From the NCBI RefSeq assembly GCF_009914755.1, contig NC_060933.1: a DNA stretch of 64,000 nt, one strand, 5' to 3'. A program made the position numbers and the translations under genes. This document shows positions 13,004 through 26,788 of this stretch, in pieces. Position 1 is the stretch's first letter. Every line of letters starts with the position of its first letter. The notes under the pieces were generated by a model. That model did not search any database. It worked only from the letters and a program-made list of their open reading frames with translations, and was not told where the DNA came from. The stretch comes from the human T2T-CHM13v2.0 reference genome, Homo sapiens.

Positions 13004-13802
13004 CAATACTTTTCTAGTATTTTAATTGTAACTCATGCCTCACTTTGTTACCCAGGTTGGACTGGACTCCTGGCCTCACGTTTTCAAATAATTAATGCTT
13101 ATTTAGATTTACCCTTACATTTAACAGGTTTACAGTTGCCACTTGCTTCTCACACTTGTCTTTTTTAGTGTTTTCTTTTTTCTTTCTTTGTTACTTTAAA
13201 AAGGGTTGTTCAATGAATCCATGAGTGTGCTTTCTTAAAATTTTGTAGACCCAAAAAGTCTCAGCACTGTGTATAGTATTCTATCTTGCACTGTATATTT
13301 TGCATTTGGAACTTGGTATGCCATTGCATTATTGTATTAGTTTTTCAGTGAACTAGCTTCTTTTTAAAATATTCACCAAATCAGTGTTCTTTCTAGTTTG
13401 GATTTATTTTTATCAATTCTGTTCAGAACTTGTCCAATTCCTGAATGTGAAAATTTTTTTTCTTTAATGACTTATAGAAAATTTCCAGTTATTACCTCTA
13501 GATATTGCCTCAATACCATCTTAAATGCACCCAAAGTATCTAATATAATAATAATTTTTGTCCATCTTGCTCTATATTGATAACTTTATTTCTCTGTGAT
13601 ATATATTTATTATATTAATTTTAATCATCCATATCTCATAGGTTTTTAAATTCAATTACTATATTTTTATTTTTGGATATCCTTTGCCAAATCTGCTCTT
13701 CATTTCTTTTTAAATGTCTTTAGTGTTTATGTATGTTCATTACATATTATTAATTTTATAATTTTTTTCAAATTATTCATCTATTTTTACACATACTTTT
13801 AA

Positions 13803-14140
<338 letters not shown>

Positions 14141-17100
14141 ATGTATATCATTTTTCATTGTGTATTTTGTAATTTTTGTTTGTGAATTTATTTTTAATAT
14201 AGTTTTCAATTTAACTTGTTAGTTTCTGTAGTGGCAAATCCTTGTGTTTGCAATATTGGATTATTTCTCCATAAGAGTTTCACATTTCTTCTGCTAGGAA
14301 ATCCATGGGGAATATTGGAATTGGGCTAGTTTTTATTTTATTTCTAATGTTTAAAGTTTCTGAAAAATATTGGCGTCAAAAAATTCTACTTCAATCCTGA
14401 GTAAAGAATAAAGTGCTAGTGACAAATTCCCAGTTGTGTTTTCCTTTCTTAATATTTGAGAGCCACAGCAAATGTTGCATACCCTTTGATGTTAAGCAGA
14501 AACTTTTGTCTAGACATTGACTTCAGGCTTTAAAATATGTAGTATCTCCCCCAGATTAAAGGTAACTAGTCCCTGATTTCTATTAAAATATAATTTTTAG
14601 AAGCTTAAAATCATAGCTTTCAGACAAATATAAAATGAATAGGTTTTAAAGATATTAACTTGAATTAATAAATAACAAATAGATGTTTTAAATGACACAA
14701 AGGGAATCTGAGAAACTGGGACATTTAGAAGCAATTTAGCAAAATAACGTTAAGATTGCTTGGTTAAGTAAATAAATATAGATTGATATATAACGGTGTC
14801 ATAAATCTGTGAGGTTATCTGTTCTACTAAGGAGATATATTTGTATCTTTACAGGAAAAAAAAATTCATGGTGCAAAATCCCTTTACTAAATCTGGTACC
14901 TTTAATGATTATTGTATAGCACTTAAGTATAGGAACTTGAATATAGCCAATATATTCCTAAAGATCTAAATTACTCTCCAAATAAAATGCTTTTTGTACA
15001 TAATTTTTTCTATTCCCATTAATTATCTTTCACAGTTTTATTTTGTTTTGATTTTTTCATTTGTTCCTTCCCCCTCCCCTTGGCATTCAGTTAATTCTTC
15101 TATTTTATTTCCCAAACAGGCACATTATCATTAAATGTAATGGTTGGCTGAATCATAACCACATTTAAATATTGCTCTGTTTTGCCATTTGTTTTTCTTC
15201 CTTCTTTCTTTCCTTTCTTCGTTCTTGCTTTTCTTGGCAAGCTTATGAAGTTTTATTTGTGTAATTGCTACACAAAGAAACTTCATTGTGTTTGTATTTG
15301 CCCTTCAATTGGATCATAAATGCCTTGGTGGCAATGAATGTACATAGCTATTTCTGCATCCTAAGTAGCATATATGTAGGTTTTGAATACAGGATTGATA
15401 AATGTTTGTCTTGTGAAATTAAAATAATTACTGATGTCTACATATTGTTTCCAGCTTGCTTCTCTGTTGTTTCCTCTTTAGATATGCTAGATAACCACTT
15501 CAATATGATTCTTCTTATGTAAAACCTCATATATTCTCAAAAGTATTATGTATGCATTCAACTAACTGTACATCTACAGTACAGTAAAAAATGAGATTGT
15601 AGTAAGTGAAAATGCATTTATAAGTATAGGCAAATTTTTAGGCAAGACACCTCATAAAGATCACTTTAGAAATTAGATCAAGTAAAAATAAGTCACAAAA
15701 AGAAACGTGAATTAGTCATCTTAAACATTGTTTTAGGCAGTAAAACAACATTGAAAAAAGAGGATCTTGTAAAGCCTGATACTTGATTCCTATAGGATAA
15801 CTGAATCAAATCAGATGTTTTAGAGGTAATGGTCACCTGATTGTTTTCTCTTGAGTTTTTTCATATAATAGGTGCAGTGGTTCTTGCAATGAGGAATTTT
15901 TTTATGGAAATGTGAAATAAAGTACAGAAATTCCTAATGAAAACCTGTCTTTTAAGTGGATCTCTAAATTCTAAGAAAGTGCTTATATTATCTTAGTTAT
16001 TTAGCTATTAGCCTGTCAATCATTAGGAAAGTAAGAGCAATTTACAAAGCATCTACCACTGTGCTAGTACTTGCTCACATGTTCTCATCCACCTAAGGGA
16101 ATATTCAAAGCATCTTAATAGTTGCTACTAATTCATATAATTTAATTAATAGAATAGCAAATACATTCTCATCTTATTTCACATTTTTAACATACACAAG
16201 ATATAGCTATTTTATAGTGATTAGGTTTAGTAAAAATAACACTGATAAAACTCAACTGTTAGCATGTACAGTTTTAGGCTACGTATTTTTCAAAACAACA
16301 AAATATAATTTTTTTAGACTCAACTTGAAATTTTGTAAAAAATAAAGTTTCAGAAATAGTAAACTATCACAGAACAAGAAGCATAATAGAAAGTAGAAAT
16401 TGTTTTACTATAAAAAATACTATAAATAAAAGGGCTAAATGTTTCTTAATATTCGTATACTGATACCAAATATTAGATGCCTTGAGTCACTAAATTAAAT
16501 TGTCCCTAAATATTACATTTATTATTTAAAATGTTAATGTTGCTTACAAACCTCAACAGATATTTTTGCCAACTTATAGATGGGAGAATTTAAAAAGATG
16601 TTGGTGTTTTTAAAAATAGCTTTTAGAAAAGCAACAAAGTGATTTTATGTCTGGAGGTGAAGACCCTTGGAGGAATTTTTCTCATGGACTGTCAAAATAT
16701 ATACCCAAACCATAAGTGGATGTCTGAATAATAATTCATTTACTTTTATTTGATTTGTCAGGTTTTATTTTTCAAAACAAGAGTCAGAATAAGTGATGTC
16801 TTTTAGTTGGACTTGTTTCTATTGTTTATTAACATATCCAAGGAACACGTAGAATGAATTGGCAGAATATAATCATATTATCAAATAATTATTAGTTTAG
16901 TCAGTTTCATAAACCTAGATAATCAAATGAAAATACATAATAATATAATTATGTCATAATTTTTATCAAAATTTTAAAATTAATGAATTAAATCCAGCTA
17001 CCAAAGATAAGGGTTTGTGAAAAGTAGATACAATACTAGAGTGGAGGTTGTAATGAAAACTCAGAATGGGCTATAGTATTAAAAAAATAATAAAGACCTC

Positions 17101-19664
17101 CAGTATTTTTTTTTCTCAAAATGGCAGATTAGAGTCATTGTTAGCATGCCTCTCCTATTTGGAAAGACAGAATTGTGTGTGGAGATTCACACTGTAAATT
17201 TTTTCCAAGAAGCAACACAGAAAATTAACAGGAAAACTGAAAGAAAGCACAGACTTTTTGAAAGAAGTGTCAGGTTGCTGTCTAAAATCATGAGCCAGGA
17301 GGAAAACTTTAAGTCCCTAGAATGTCAGATAGGGATAAACTGCCTCTAGGACATATACTCCTACTGGGGAACCAAGCAATCCAGGCCACAGGGAAAGGCC
17401 TTAATCCCACCCAGCGCTGGAGCTGATTTAGTGAGCAGTGGGGCATATATGAGAAGTAGCAGCATGGGGACGGGCTTAGTGTGCATGCCCAGCAGGACAG
17501 AGGAAAGCCATCCCTGATCCTATCTCACAGGGGACCTCACAGAAGTCAGCCAGGTAACTCAGGCAGTGGTCACAGGTTGAGAGAAGCTCTCAACTGAGAT
17601 TCGTGATATAATCTGGAGTGGAGACAAACCCCCTTGGTCAGAACCATGGGGCAGATGGGAAATGTGCTGCAGCCATAGGTGCAAGAGCTGGGTGCCCCTG
17701 CTTCATGGGCCAACTAGGAGAGGCGTGACCTGGAAGCCATGGTTGCAGTCTCTTCTGGGAAGTCTTATGCCCTTGGGCAGTGTTGAGTTCTGAGTGTTGA
17801 CTGCTTGGAACCAAGCTGCTGCGAGTGGGACACTGCAGGTGCAAGACCTGCTTTGCCAAGTGTGTGGGAGCTGAGTGGGGCTAACTGCTGCCTGCTGCTC
17901 CCTATTCCTCATACAGATGCTTCTCTGCAGCAGAGGCAGCTGTGGTACTCCCTGCAACATTACTCCTACAGCCAGAGGACCACTATCTGATCCCCACTGG
18001 GGACAGTGCTTTTGCCCACACATGGCAGACAAAAGAGAGCTAGAATGTGAACTTGCCTGATTCAGCCCCCAGCTGGCTTTGCCCCTCCATCTGCCCTGGT
18101 AGCTTAACACAAAGAATAGAAAATTTTGAGAGCTCAATGGCCCTGCCCATTGCCTGAGTCATCAGCTTACCTCCCCTGCGTAACATAAGGCAAGCACAAA
18201 TCCCACTGCTACCAGCTGGTGCTCTTTTTCAAGTGCCACCTTGTGGCTGGAGGCCTACTGACACAATCCATTACAGCATCTGCAGGCACACTAACAGTGC
18301 ACAGGAAAGAGAAAACTTGTGTGTGACCTAAGCTATCACCTTTGCCTATATAACCTTGGCTAACTAGGAGGTCCTGAGTCTGTCCATGCGACCAGTTCAT
18401 TACTACTACAGGTGGCATTACAGAAAAACCAATGCACCAAGACTACTTATAATCAATAAATCTCACAGAGTCTATGTCATTCTCCTGTCACCCCCATGAG
18501 AGCTGTTGTTGCTACTCACTACAGAGTCTTGAGAACAGGTCACATCACTGGACCCCTTGTAGACATTCCCCAGCACCAACCTGGAGTGTGGCAGTCCCAC
18601 TAGGTGGCTAGAGCCAGAGAAGTAGCAGCATTCATACTAGTCTGGCCCTCAGGGACTCCTACTCTTAGGATAAGGGGGAGTGCACATCAGTGGCACACCC
18701 CATGGAAAAAAGAATCTAGATGGCAGGACTTGAGTCCAGAACTTCCCACCTGTGGAAAGTTTCTTTCAGTAGAGGCACAGGTACAGTGCTGGACTTGGGA
18801 AAATCTACAGAACGGTCTTGAAGAAAAAGATTTCCCCCCTCATTCACCACTGCAGACACAGCTGGTGCTTCTCTTATGGGAATTTAGCATGAATGGACCT
18901 GTAGATAGCCTTTCTGGAACACTTCAAGTTAACTGCGTCCCCAGAGGAGGAGTCCCCTCCAGATTCAGATTTGCATAAGGCGTAGAATCACAATCTCTCT
19001 CTACTTGGAACGTGAGAATTCCTGCAAATAAAAAGGGCCTGCTAATCTGAATAGCTAGAACTGTATTTAGGAGTGTGACCTGCTTTCCTGGGGGCCTGGC
19101 AAGGGAGCTGAAGTGGCTCCCTCCCTTCCCCGTGAAAAGACCTCAGTGCATTTCACTAAGAGCTCCCACAGATGCCTCGGTCAAGGCTTGGGCTTCTTCC
19201 CACCATTGGGTATTGCATTTACCAATCTGCTGGTTTTCACTCAGGGACACCTCCCCTACTGGCCTGAAATCTGAATTATTCAACCAGGTAAAGAAAACAC
19301 TGGGAGAAAAAAAAAGGCAAAAAAGTGCACACCACTTGGGAACTAGATAAGCTTCATGAGACCTCTGCCATTGCTACCCCACAGGAAACAGTGAACCTCC
19401 ACACACACACTGAGCATAATGTTACCACAACTAGCATCTGAGAAAGCCAACATACAAAGATTTTAAATAACCAGGGAACTTATACAGTCTTCACCCCTGA
19501 AAGCACCCAGAGCTGAATTAGGTTACAATAAACTATAAACATTAAAGTCACATCCTCAAAGTGAAAAAAAAAAAAGTGAAAAATCACAGTCAAATCAAAA
19601 AATAAATTCAAAAATAATTAGAAGATATAGTCTCAAAAGTAATTAGAAGATATACTCTATCCAA

Positions 19665-20335
19665 ATGAGAAGAAACCAGAAAAATAATTCCGGCAATAGG
19701 ACAAAATAGGGTTCTATAACACCTCAAAAAGAACACACTAAGTCCCCAGCAATGGTTCCCAACCAAGATGAAATCTTTGAAATGCCAGAAAAATAATTCA
19801 AAGAAATAAGCAAAGTCTCTTAGAAATAGGTGACTATGTAAAATGGCCAAATATAGCAATTGCTGTTCCTAAGGGAGAAGAAACAGCAAAACTTTTTGAA
19901 TACTTATTTGAGGGCATAATTGAAGAAAACTTTGCTAGCCTTGCTAGATATTTAGATGTCCAAATACAAGAAACTCAATGAGCTCTGGGGAGGTTCACTG
20001 CAAAACTGACATTACAAAGCCATATAGTAATCAAGCTATCTAAAGTCAACATGAAGAAATGAATTCTAAGAACAGTGAGACAAAAGCAACAAGTAACCTA
20101 TAAAGGAAAACCTATTAGACTAACAGCAGACTTCTCAGCAGAAATCTTACAGGCCAGAAGTTCACTGTATCTTTAGGCTTATCTTTAATATCCTTAGACA
20201 AAATAACTATTAGTCAAAAATTTTGTATCCAGCAAAACTGAGTCTCATAAATGAAAGAGAAATAATGTCTTCCTCAGACAAGCAAATGCTGAGGGAATCT
20301 GTCCCTATCAGACCAGTCCTACAAGAAATGCTAAA
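19665..20335 (+). pseudogene. L1 ORF1 remnant with internal deletion
   Basis: MRRNQKNNSGN start. C-terminal motifs QVTYKGKPIRLTADFSAE are readable (CAAGTAACCTATAAAGGAAAACCTATTAGACTAACAGCAGACTTCTCAGCAGAA). In-frame stops present. Confidence 0.8.
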
Positions 20336-20359
20336 TCTTGAAACAAAATGTTGAGCTGC

Positions 20360-23300
20360 ATCAGAACCTAACATACAAAGATTCTCATAGACTCAAGGTA
20401 AGGGGGTGGAGAAGGATATTCAATACAAATGGAAACCAAAAGCAAGCAGGTGTAGTTATATCAGATAAAGTAGACTTTAAAGCAACAATAGTAAAAAAAA
20501 AACCAAAGAAAGTCATTACATAATAATTAAATAATTAATTCAACAAAATATAATAATTCTACATAAGTATGCACATAACACTGGAGCTCCTACATTTATA
20601 AAACAATTACTACTAGACCTAAGAAAAGGAATAGACAGCAACACAATAATAGTGAGGAACTCTAACACTCCACTGACAGCACTAGACAGATCACTGAAGC
20701 AGGAAGTCAACAACAACAAAAACAAAAAAACACTGGACTTAAGTTGCAGTCCAGAAGAAATGGACCTAACAGATGTTTACAGAACATTGTACCCAAAAAC
20801 CGCAGAATTCACATTCTTCTCATCAACACATAGAACAGCCTCAAAGACAGACCATAGGATAGGCCACAAAAACAAATCTCAATAAATTTTAAAAAGTCAA
20901 AATTATATAAAGTACCTTCTCAGGTCACAGTGAAATAAAACTAGAAATGAGCTCCAAAAGGAACCCTTAAAACTATACAATTACCTGGAAATTGAACAAT
21001 CTGCTTCTTAATGATTACTGGGTTAACAATGAAATGAAGAAAGAAAGTAAAAAATTCTTTAAATGGATGATTATAGTGACACAAGTTATCAAAACCTCTG
21101 GGACATAGCAAAAGCAATGCTAAAAGGAAAGTTTCTAGCACTGAACACCTACGTAAAAAAGTCTGAAAGATTACAAATTCGCAACATAATGTCATACCTC
21201 AAGAAACTATAGAAACAACAAATCAAACTTAAAGCCAGGAGAAGAAAAGAAAGATTAAAGCAGAACTAAATGAAATTGAAATAAAAATACAAAAGTTTAA
21301 TGAAACAAAATTTGGTTATTTGAAAATAGAAATAAAATAGATCATTAGTTAGAAGAATTAAGATTGTTAGAACGATTAACAATTGTTCTAACAATTAGAA
21401 CGATTAACAATTGTTCTAACAATTAGAACGATTAACAATTGTTCTAACAATTAGTTAGAACATTAGTTAGAACAATTAAGAAGATAGAAGTTTAAATTAG
21501 CTCAATTAGAAATGAAAATGGAAACATTTTAACCAATATCACAGAAATATAAAAGATCATTTGAGACTACTATGTAACCTCTATGCACATAAAAATAAAA
21601 GTAAAGAAAATAGATAGATTCCAGGAAACATACAACCCTACCAGCTTAAACCAGGAAGAAATAGGTATCCTTACAGACCAATAACAAGCAGTGAGATTGT
21701 ATAAGTAAGAAAAAAAAAATGCCGACTAAAAAACCCAGACAGATCACAGCCAAATTCTATCAGACATTCAAAGAAGAACTGGTACCAAGCCTACTGAAGC
21801 TACTCTAAAAGACTGAGAAAAAGGGAATCCTCCTTAACTCATTCTATGAAGCCAGTATCACCCTGATACCAAAACCAGAAAAAGGCATATCATAAAAAAA
21901 GAAAACTACAAATGAACATCTCTGATAAAGACATACGCAAAAATTCTTAACAGATACTGGCAAATCAAATCCAAAAGCATATCAAAAAGACAATTCACTA
22001 TAATCAAGTGAGTCTCATCCCAGGGAGGCAAGGATGACTCAACATATGCAAGGTAATAAATGTGATGTATTTTATAAACAGAATTAAAAACCAAATACGT
22101 ATGATCATCTCAATAGATGCATAAAAACATTCAGTAAAATCCAGCATTGCTTTATGATAAAAACCCTAAACAAACTAGACATAGAATAAACATATCTCAA
22201 AATAATAAAAGCTATATATGACAAACCCATGGCCAACATCATATTGAATGGGGAAAAGTTGAAAGTCTTCCCACTGAGGGCTAGAACAAGTTAAGGATGC
22301 CCATTTTCACCACTTCTACTTAACATAGTACTGGAAGTCCTACCCAGAGCAATCAAGCAAGAGGAAGAAATAAAGGGCATCCAAGCTGGAAAAGAGGAAG
22401 ACAAATTATCTCTGTTTGCTGATGATTTAAGCATATACTTAGATAAGCCTAAGAATTCCACCAAAAGACTCTTCTATTTGATGAATGAATTCATAAAATC
22501 TTAGGTTACAAAATGAATGTACACAAATTAGTACTACTGCATAGCACCAACAATGATCAAGCTGAGAATCAAATCAAGAACTCAATTTCTTTTACAATAG
22601 CAGCAGAAAAAAAATTGAAATACACTTAACCAAATAAGTGAAAGATCTCCATAAGGAGAGCTACAAAAACTGCTGAAATAAATTAGAGATGATATAAACA
22701 AATGGAAATACATCCCATGCTCATGGATAGGAAGAATCATATTTGTGAAAATGACCTTACTGCTAAAAGCAATCTACAGATTCAATGCACTTCCTATCAA
22801 AATACTGACATCATTTTTCATAGAATTAGAGAAAGCAATTCTAAATTCTTATGAAACCAGAAATAAGCTTGAATTAAAAAAGCAACTCTGAGCAAAAAGA
22901 ACAAATCCGGAGGCATAGTTTTAAGAGACTTCAAGTTATAATACAAGGTTTTAGTAATCAAAACAGCATGCATGGTACTGGTATAAAGGTAGATAAATAA
23001 ACCAAAGGAAAGGAATAGAGAAACCAGAAATAAAGCCAAATGTATACAACCAACTGATCCTCCACAAAGCATTCAAAAACATAAATAGGAAAGGACACCC
23101 TATTCAATAAATGATGCAGGGAAAACAAGACAGCCACATGTAGAAGAATGAAACTGGATCACTCTTTCTCACCATCTACAAAAATTAGAAGATGGATCAG
23201 ACTTAAATATAAAACCCAAAACCATAAAAATTCTGGAAAAAAACTAAGAAAAACACATCTGGATATTTACCTAAGCCAAAACTTTATGACTAAGACTCCA

Positions 23301-24100
23301 AAAGTAAATGCAACAAAAGCAAAAATAAATAAAAAGGACATAAGTAAACTAAAAACCTTCACAGCAAAAGAAATAATCATCACAGTAAACAGATAACTCA
23401 GAGAATAGAAGAAAATGTTTACAAAGTATGCATCTAGCAAATAATTAATATCTAGAATTAACAAGGAAAACAAATCAGCAAGAAAAAATAATCCCAACAG
23501 AAAGTGAAAAAAAATTACATGAATAGACATTTCTCAAAAGAAGATATACAAATGACCAACAAACATATAAAAAATTCTCAATGTCACTAATCATCAAAGA
23601 AATGCAAATTAAAACCACAGTGAGATACCATCTTTTCCCAGCATAATAGCCATTATTAAAAAGTCAAAAAAAACAAAGAAACAGATTTTGGCATGAATGT
23701 GGTGAAAAGGGCATGCTTATACATTGCTGGTGGGAATGTAAATTAGTACATCCTTTATGTAAAGCATTATGGAGATTTTTGAAATAACTAAAAGTAGATC
23801 TAGCATTCAGTCCATCAATCCCACTACTGGTTAACTACTCAAATTAAAAAAAGTAATTGTATCAAAAATACACCTGCATGTATATGTTTATTGCAGTACA
23901 ATTCACAATTACAAAGATACAGAACCAACCTAAGTGCTCCTCAACCAATGAGTGGATAAAGAAATGTGGTAAACATACACCATGACATACTACTCAGCCC
24001 TAAAAAGAATGAAATAATGTCATTTGCAGCAACTCCAACTGGAGCTGGAGGCCATTATTCCAAGTGAAGTAACTCAGGAATGGAAAACCAAATATCATAT
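20360..24100 (+). pseudogene. L1 ORF2 (endonuclease/reverse transcriptase) remnant
   Basis: ORF-track fragments KDSHRLKVRGWRRIF..., NTPLTALDRS...MDLTDVYRTLYPKTAEFTFFSS, and RT motif LFADD. Disrupted throughout. Confidence 0.88.
21367..21454. repeat. Perfect 28-bp x3 tandem repeat (TTAGAACGATTAACAATTGTTCTAACAA)
   Basis: Identical copies at 21367-21394, 21395-21422 and 21423-21450. Confidence 0.95.
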
Positions 24101-25082
24101 ATTCTCACTTTTAAGTGGTAGCTAAGCCATGGGTATGCATACAGAGTGGTATAATGGACATTGGAGACCACTAAGGGGGAGAGTAGGAGGTGGGTGAGGG
24201 ATAAAACACTACATATTGGGTACAATGTACACTACTTGGGTGACAAGGGCACCAAAATCTCAGACTTTACCACTCTGTAACCAAAAACCACTTGTTCCCC
24301 AAAAGCTATTGTGTTATATATGTATATTACATATGTCTAAGTATAGCCATAGATATCCAGGATTTTTTTTTATCCTTAAAAAACCATATGATTTAAGAGA
24401 ACTTAAAGTTATTAAAATATATTATTATTTTAATTCTCCATCTCCCCTGGTAGTGTGCTATGCAAATAATAATGAGGAGATATTAAAGGTCCCTGGGTTT
24501 CTCATGGATTCTCTCAAAGCACTAGCTTCTTGAGACTCTTCACACACTGAGAGAATTAGATCTGTAGCCCTTTGTCCAGTTAATTTCTCTGATTTGCAAC
24601 AATAGGAAAACTTCTTTTACTCCCCTAAGAGGGTCAAATTTTTAAAATCCTTAGATTACTAGGTTCCTAGGTTAAGTACTAGGGTAAGAGGAAGACTAGG
24701 TTTTTGTATTCATATGTCAAAAGATATGATGTTCCAGAATTTGGAGACAGCTATAGGTCATAAAAACTTGGAGATACAGGGTTATTTGGTTCCAGGAGAG
24801 ATTTTACAACATTCCAAAAGTTTGGAATAAAGAAGATATCCTCTTAGAAGGACAGAAAAACAGCCGTTTCCATCCTATTATAAGTATAAAAACAAAGACA
24901 AGGAAAAAAACCATTGTTCTTAACTTCTTGCTTTCAGAGAGTCTGGCCTCTCACTAGGATGATCTGGATCTCTTTATACTGTCCAAAGATAAGAACTGGG
25001 AAAAGGAGCAGCCAACACACATTATTAAGAAATCTGTTTCTGACTGAGAACACTGTGTGGACATTTAAAATAAAATTAACAA

Positions 25083-25197
25083 ACTTGAGCCCAGGAGTTT
25101 GAGGCTGCCATGAGCTATGATGGCATCACTACACTCTAACGTGGGCAACTAAGTGAGAACCAGTTTCTAAATAAATAAAGAAATAAATACATAAATA
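25083..25197 (+). mobile_element. 5'-truncated AluJ/FRAM right-arm fragment
   Basis: CTTGAGCCCAGGAGTTTGAGGCTGCCATGAGCTATGATGGCATCACTACACTC followed by an (AAAT)n tail. Confidence 0.85.
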
Positions 25198-26387
25198 GTA
25201 AAATGAATAAGATGAGTATTAAAAGCCCAAAAACAGATTCTCAAATTTTGTTGAATATGTGAATGGATGAATAAATATGAAATGTAGATGGAGACATTAG
25301 GAAGAAGTTAGCTTCCACTGAAAAATATACACAAATCAAATTCCAAATAATTAAATATGTAGAATATAGCTTGTTTACAACAATAAAAAATAATGTTCTC
25401 TGTCAGAGAAAATTAAGAAAAGCAATTTAAACTCAACTGTTATAGAAAGAAAGATACTATCTATTTAGCAGTGCTTAAAAAGGAGGTCATAGAGAATTAA
25501 TTCCAATATAAACCTGACATGAACAGCAATGCAAAAAATTTGGACTCAATGTAAAATATTATTTGATGGTGTGAATAAATAATGAAATAAATGTTCATAA
25601 GATGAATTGTTGAAATAATTTGAAATCATTTTTGAATAATTATTGAAATAATTAAATTGTTCATGAAAAATTACTCATCTTGAGGAAGACAATCCCATTT
25701 TACTACAATTTCATTATTTTATATTGGCAAGAGAAGAAATATTTTGAAAAACATTAATAAAGTTTACTTAAACAGGAGTATGATCCTCTTTCAGATGCAA
25801 AATAGAAGATAGGGGATGGAGCAAGTCTACCTTCCTTAAAAAGGTAGCTGAAGTCATCAGGAATTGTTTGTGTCATGCTACAGACCTATACTGAAGAATA
25901 ATAAATGAAACAGACTTATGAACTCATCAGATATATTTACACTAAGCATACTGATTAGAAAGTTCTCCTCATGTAATTTCTTCTTCCTGAACGATCTCAA
26001 AAAAAATATAATTTCAGGTCTAGATAATTGAAATAAAAGTGCATCCCTGAAACAAATTATTTAGCTCTTACTTTTTATAAATACTCTAATTGCTAAACTT
26101 ATCGGGATCATGACCTACTTTGTATAGACAAATTAAATTCTAATTCTCCAGATCACAATATATAGGCTTTAAGTCACCATAATTTTTCCCCATTTGCCTC
26201 ATTTCTGCCTTTCTTTGAGGTCTCTACCTTTTGTAACTAGTTTTTAATTTGTAAAATATTTACTTAATATTAGCTGATTTATAATGAATTACTTTAGACT
26301 AGAATGACATTTGAAGACTTGTTGAAAATAATGTCACTTGTAGACCCAGAATACTTTGGTAGCTACTTCATTTTCTCTGTCTCTTTC

Positions 26388-26788
26388 TGAAAAGTTAGCC
26401 AGCTTGCTTTAGGCAGACACTAAGGGAAGGGTCCCCCAGAGAACCTCCTATCTGCTCCACAAGTGTTTATACCAGATGTTTTGTGCACATAAGGGTACTT
26501 GCTCCGGGGGCTTGCCTAAACATGCCCGCAGTGGAAAATTTTGTTTCTTAACACTTGGGCAGTAAGAAAAATAAATCAATATGGAATGTCTCAGACTAAG
26601 GGTCTGCATGCACTCTGGAAGGATGCAGTGGAGCCTACAGGAATTCACGCCTTATACAAATAGGGAACTCAGCCCCATCAGCTTATATAAAAATGCCTTT
26701 GATTCACCTGTGAAGAGGGCAACCGGGAACCTACTTTCAGGACTCCTCTCTTTGCTGAGAGCTTTCCTTTAACTTAATAAATTCTATA
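26388..26788 (+). mobile_element. 5' LTR (MER61-like), U5 and primer-binding site deleted
   Basis: Aligns to the 3' LTR up to AATAAATTCTA (26776-26786), then diverges. TATATAA at 26684-26690. Confidence 0.85.
26508..26527. promoter_or_regulatory. Perfect p53 response element (GGGCTTGCCT AAACATGCCC) in the 5' LTR
   Basis: 20/20 match to RRRCWWGYYY x2 with no spacer. An extra near half-site GTACTTGCTC lies at 26495-26504. MER61 LTRs are known p53-site carriers. Binding at this locus is not shown. Confidence 0.75.

Larger units (their letters stand above)
17117..24311 (+). mobile_element. Near full-length, inactive L1PB-type LINE-1 (L1PB2/3-like 3' end)
   Basis: ~2.5-kb 5' UTR starting AAAATGGCAGATTAGAGTCATTGTTAGCATGCC. 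ORF1 remnant from ATG 19665. ORF2 endonuclease and RT remnants (FADD codons at 22415-22426). 3' UTR GCATACAGAGTGGTATAATGGACATTGGAGAC...CCAAAAACCACTTGTTCCCCAAAAGCTATTG. Many stops, frameshifts and deletions. Confidence 0.93.

Noticed and set aside
17146-19350. ORFs of 61-144 aa on both strands
   Set aside because: They fall within the L1PB 5' UTR and show no similarity to host proteins that I can recognise.
21367-21450. 28-bp palindromic repeats resembling CRISPR direct repeats
   Set aside because: The copies are head-to-tail with no spacers, derive from the flanking L1 sequence, and have no cas genes nearby.
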